From: an uncultured Planctomycetia bacterium
Lineage (GTDB): Bacteria; Planctomycetota; UBA8742; SKZP01; CAYZQB01
Direction of reading: 5' to 3'
Length of the DNA stretch: 37,370 nucleotides
NCBI GenBank assembly: GCA_964480395.1
Contig: CAYZQB010000007.1
Coordinates: 1 to 37,370, forward strand
Made by a program: the position numbers and the translations under genes
Shown here: one piece after another, positions 34,327-37,370 of the stretch
Position numbering within the stretch: the first letter of the stretch is position 1
How the letters are laid out: each line of letters begins with the position of its first letter
The notes under the pieces: generated by a model
Database searches by the model: none
Told to the model about the DNA's origin: nothing
The model's input: only the letters and a program-made list of their open reading frames with translations

Positions 34327-37300
34327 ATGGCAGCATTAAAATCTTTTATAACACGGAGAAAAAGCTGGTTGCTTGCATCAATGTTTATACTGCTTTTATC
34401 CTTCATTTCATTAAATTTCATCTTTGCAGAAGATGATTCACAGGATTTGTTTGAAAAAGCTGAAAAGTTTTTCAACGAGAAATCTTTCGCAAAAGCACTC
34501 GCAAATTTTAATGAAGCACTCACAAATTCCGGTGCAGACTTCACCAAACGACAGCTAACACGCTTACGCATCGCACAATGTCAACATCAACTCAATAAAT
34601 ACAATGAGATGCTGAAGTCTTACGATGAATTAATCAAAGATTATCCAAGCACACCGTTGACAGTTGAAGTTTTAACTGAATTCGCAGATAACTTGATTCG
34701 ATTGCCACATTATTATTATAAAAAAGATGACCAGATAAGCTGGGGGAAGTGGATTAGCGGTGGATATTATAATTATGTCCGTGAAAGTAACATTAAAAAA
34801 GCTGAGAAAAATATTCTTGCTGCTAAAGACTTGCAGATAAAGCATCTGCTTGACTCAACCGCTGAACTCAATGCTGATACACGCTGGCACTGGCGCGAAC
34901 GTCTCGCAGATCTGCACTTGAAGGAAGCTGGAATATACGAAGTCTACGAGAATTATCAGCGTAATCAGTGGAATTATACTTGGGAAAACCGTTCTTTCTG
35001 GGAACGCATCAACCCAGCAGACCCGGATGGTCCAAAAGAAATCAGCCAGTCACGGAAAATACCCTCGGGTGAAGGCTGGCAAAAGATTGAGAATCGAACA
35101 TTTCATGTTTACAAGCAAGCGGACACAATCATCGAAGCATACAATCAAGCGTATATTCGATATTTTTCGCTTTATAAGGATTATAAAAAGATTCTTGATG
35201 CGGAATATGCTAAAGATAAGGAAAATAAGACTGCAATTGAAATCGCTGAGAATCGCGTCGTTGGATACCTTGAACGTTCTGGTGAAGCGCATTACCGGAT
35301 TGCATCTTATCTTGCACGTGGTTTAGATGCTACACCTGAGTATTTACAGCTGGTTTATGGAGAAATTAACTGGCAAAAATATAACGTGCTGCCAAAATGT
35401 GATGAATTCGTTGAAGCATACCCAAAACACTTCCGCGCACCAGAAATCCTCTTGCTCAAGGCAAATCAACAGTATATCAATCAGGATTTTGTCAATGCTG
35501 TCAGCACACTTGATGTGCTTATAAAATCTTATGCTGATACACCATGGGCAAAGACTGCAAAAACCCAAAAAGATGAAATCCTGCGTCCACGACTCGATGT
35601 AAATGCATCATTAAATGGGATAACGGGGCAGGAAATCAATCTCTCAGCAAGAATCCGCAATATTAAATCACTCAAAGTTGAAATATATAAATTTGATCTC
35701 GCACATTACATAGAGAAATCACTTTATTTGACATCGTATGATATGCGTCTGAATTCAGTTTCAACACTACTTGACAAAATTACCGACAAAGATGAATACG
35801 ATTACCGGTACACGCAACCCATGGTCAAAGATTTAGATGGATTCAAGGATTATCTCACCTTCATTAGTACTAAGAATCATAAGACCAAGGATATTAGCAA
35901 GTACAGGTATCATAATGAATCAATCGCAAGCGGACTTACGGAAAATGGTTTTTATCTTGTGAGAATCAGCGGTGAGAATATGTTTGGTGCGAATTTCGTC
36001 CAAATATCAACTAAAACGCTGGTTTCAAGAGCATTCAGTGACAGACGTCAGTATTACCTCGCTGACCGTGAGACAGGCATGCCAATCATGGGCAAGAATG
36101 AACTTATCATAAAGGAATACCGCTATAAACCTCATACCAATTACGTGAAGGTTTTCCGTAGCAAACTTCATGAAGAAGAAGGTAATGGCTGGCATGAGTA
36201 CCGTGATCTTCCGCCAAAACACAGCATTCAAAACCTTACGGCGATTGCAAAATGTGAAGATGGCGATGTTATAATGCACACTAACCAGTATGGACAATAT
36301 TGGTGGAACATGGCGTTCAGGGACTCGGAAATCAAAGGTTTTACCGTTACTGACCGCCCAATTTACAGACCTAAACAGACAATTCACTTTTCAAGCATTC
36401 TACGCTCTAGAAAATCGGGTTCGTACGGATTTGCAGCTCCAAAAAAGGGTAGTGCAATTTGGCTAACAATGTGGGACAGCAAAGGCACAAAGCTCATTGA
36501 TCAGCGTTATGAACTTGACGAATTTGGGCAGATTCATGGGCAGTACACGCTTGGCGAGGAACCAGCACTTGGGTCATACAGCATTTATATGCGCTGGGAT
36601 GCTGGAGAATACTCCCGTTTTAACTCATCTTCACATTATTTCAGTGTTGAAGAATATCGAAAACCAGAGTTTGCGGTGAGCATCGGTACAGATCAAAACA
36701 GAATGAAAGTCGGCAGCTTGGTGAAAGCGAAGATTGCAGGGAATTATTACTTTGGCGCACCAGTTGCCAATGGTGAAGTAAAATACAAGGTTTTCCGCAA
36801 GGAATATGTGCATAAATACAGATTTCCCGGTGCTTTTGAATGGCTATATAGCTATGTTGGCATGTGGCATCATCGCCTGTCAGATCATTACACACGAAAT
36901 GCAGGCTGGCAACGTGAGCTCGTAACCGAAGGTTCTGGTCGACTTGATGAAAATGGGAATTTTGAAATTTCTTTCAATGCAGGTCCTGAAATTCTGCTAC
37001 GAGGACCAGAAGATCCCGCAGTTAAGCAGCTTTTGACAAATGATTCAGACCTGAAACGGTTCTTCGAGAAAGATTATGCATACGAAATCACTGCTGATGT
37101 TACTGATTCCGCCAGACGATTGATTTCCGGAAGTGGCTCAATAAAAGTTACTAGGCAGTCCTTTAGCATGTTCTCCAATTATCGAAACAATTTCTATCGA
37201 CCTAAAAGCAAGGTTGAGATTGAGCTGCGGTCTCTCACACCTTCAGGCATTGCAATTTCCGTCGAAGGCGGTCTGCACATTGAGGAAGTCAAACGTTATT

Positions 37301-37370
37301 TCTTGGCAAATGAGCAGGGACAACGAGAAATCAAGGAAGACGTTGTTCGCAGCGTAGAAAAAATTCCTTT
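34327..37370 (+). CDS. Alpha-2-macroglobulin family protein (MG-domain) with signal peptide and TPR-like N-terminal region, 3'-partial; absent from the supplied ORF track
   Basis: I translated frame 1 codon by codon from ATG 34327 to the window end and found no stop. The signal peptide is SWLLASMFILLLSFISLNFIFA. MG-domain hallmarks are FTVTDRPIYRPKQTIHFSSILR and HYFSVEEYRKPEFAVSI, followed by AKIAGNYYFGAPVANGEVKYKV. Confidence 0.8.
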   Translation, partial: MAALKSFITRRKSWLLASMFILLLSFISLNFIFAEDDSQDLFEKAEKFFNEKSFAKALANFNEALTNSGADFTKRQLTRLRIAQCQHQLNKYNEMLKSYDELIKDYPSTPLTVEVLTEFADNLIRLPHYYYKKDDQISWGKWISGGYYNYVRESNIKKAEKNILAAKDLQIKHLLDSTAELNADTRWHWRERLADLHLKEAGIYEVYENYQRNQWNYTWENRSFWERINPADPDGPKEISQSRKIPSGEGWQKIENRTFHVYKQADTIIEAYNQAYIRYFSLYKDYKKILDAEYAKDKENKTAIEIAENRVVGYLERSGEAHYRIASYLARGLDATPEYLQLVYGEINWQKYNVLPKCDEFVEAYPKHFRAPEILLLKANQQYINQDFVNAVSTLDVLIKSYADTPWAKTAKTQKDEILRPRLDVNASLNGITGQEINLSARIRNIKSLKVEIYKFDLAHYIEKSLYLTSYDMRLNSVSTLLDKITDKDEYDYRYTQPMVKDLDGFKDYLTFISTKNHKTKDISKYRYHNESIASGLTENGFYLVRISGENMFGANFVQISTKTLVSRAFSDRRQYYLADRETGMPIMGKNELIIKEYRYKPHTNYVKVFRSKLHEEEGNGWHEYRDLPPKHSIQNLTAIAKCEDGDVIMHTNQYGQYWWNMAFRDSEIKGFTVTDRPIYRPKQTIHFSSILRSRKSGSYGFAAPKKGSAIWLTMWDSKGTKLIDQRYELDEFGQIHGQYTLGEEPALGSYSIYMRWDAGEYSRFNSSSHYFSVEEYRKPEFAVSIGTDQNRMKVGSLVKAKIAGNYYFGAPVANGEVKYKVFRKEYVHKYRFPGAFEWLYSYVGMWHHRLSDHYTRNAGWQRELVTEGSGRLDENGNFEISFNAGPEILLRGPEDPAVKQLLTNDSDLKRFFEKDYAYEITADVTDSARRLISGSGSIKVTRQSFSMFSNYRNNFYRPKSKVEIELRSLTPSGIAISVEGGLHIEEVKRYFLANEQGQREIKEDVVRSVEKIP

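Overview
AT-rich bacterial chromosomal segment, probably from a diderm given the predicted outer-membrane barrel and BamB-like propeller proteins. It carries about 24 protein genes and one tRNA. Most of it is housekeeping or envelope: metK, adk, rsgA, ptsH, an EF-G paralog, tRNA-Pro(GGG), an ECF-type sigma factor, a duplicated Opp/Dpp-type ABC ATPase, a CHASE2 adenylate/guanylate cyclase operon, a 1500-aa PQQ-like propeller/TPR protein, a repeat-domain/beta-barrel protein and an alpha-2-macroglobulin-family protein.

The standout is a five-gene co-directional block at 23862-29820, directly downstream of the EF-G paralog. Its order is that of a type III-A CRISPR effector: large protein, Csm2/Cas11, Csm3, Csm4, Csm5. 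The window has no CRISPR array, no cas6/cas1/cas2 and no CARF-type ancillary gene. The protein in the Cas10 position shows no HD, zinc-finger or GGDD signature, while Csm3 keeps its catalytic Asp context.

A bipartite, partly palindromic element (CAATAGGNC-N13-GTCC...) occurs upstream of four units: the sigma factor gene, the ABC ATPase, the EF-G paralog/Csm-like block, and again inside that block before csm5. This suggests a shared regulon or a shared RNA structure.

The supplied ORF track misses two edge-truncated ORFs (2..2182 and 34327..37370) and the tRNA. All family assignments are by-eye motif recognition, and no database search was possible.
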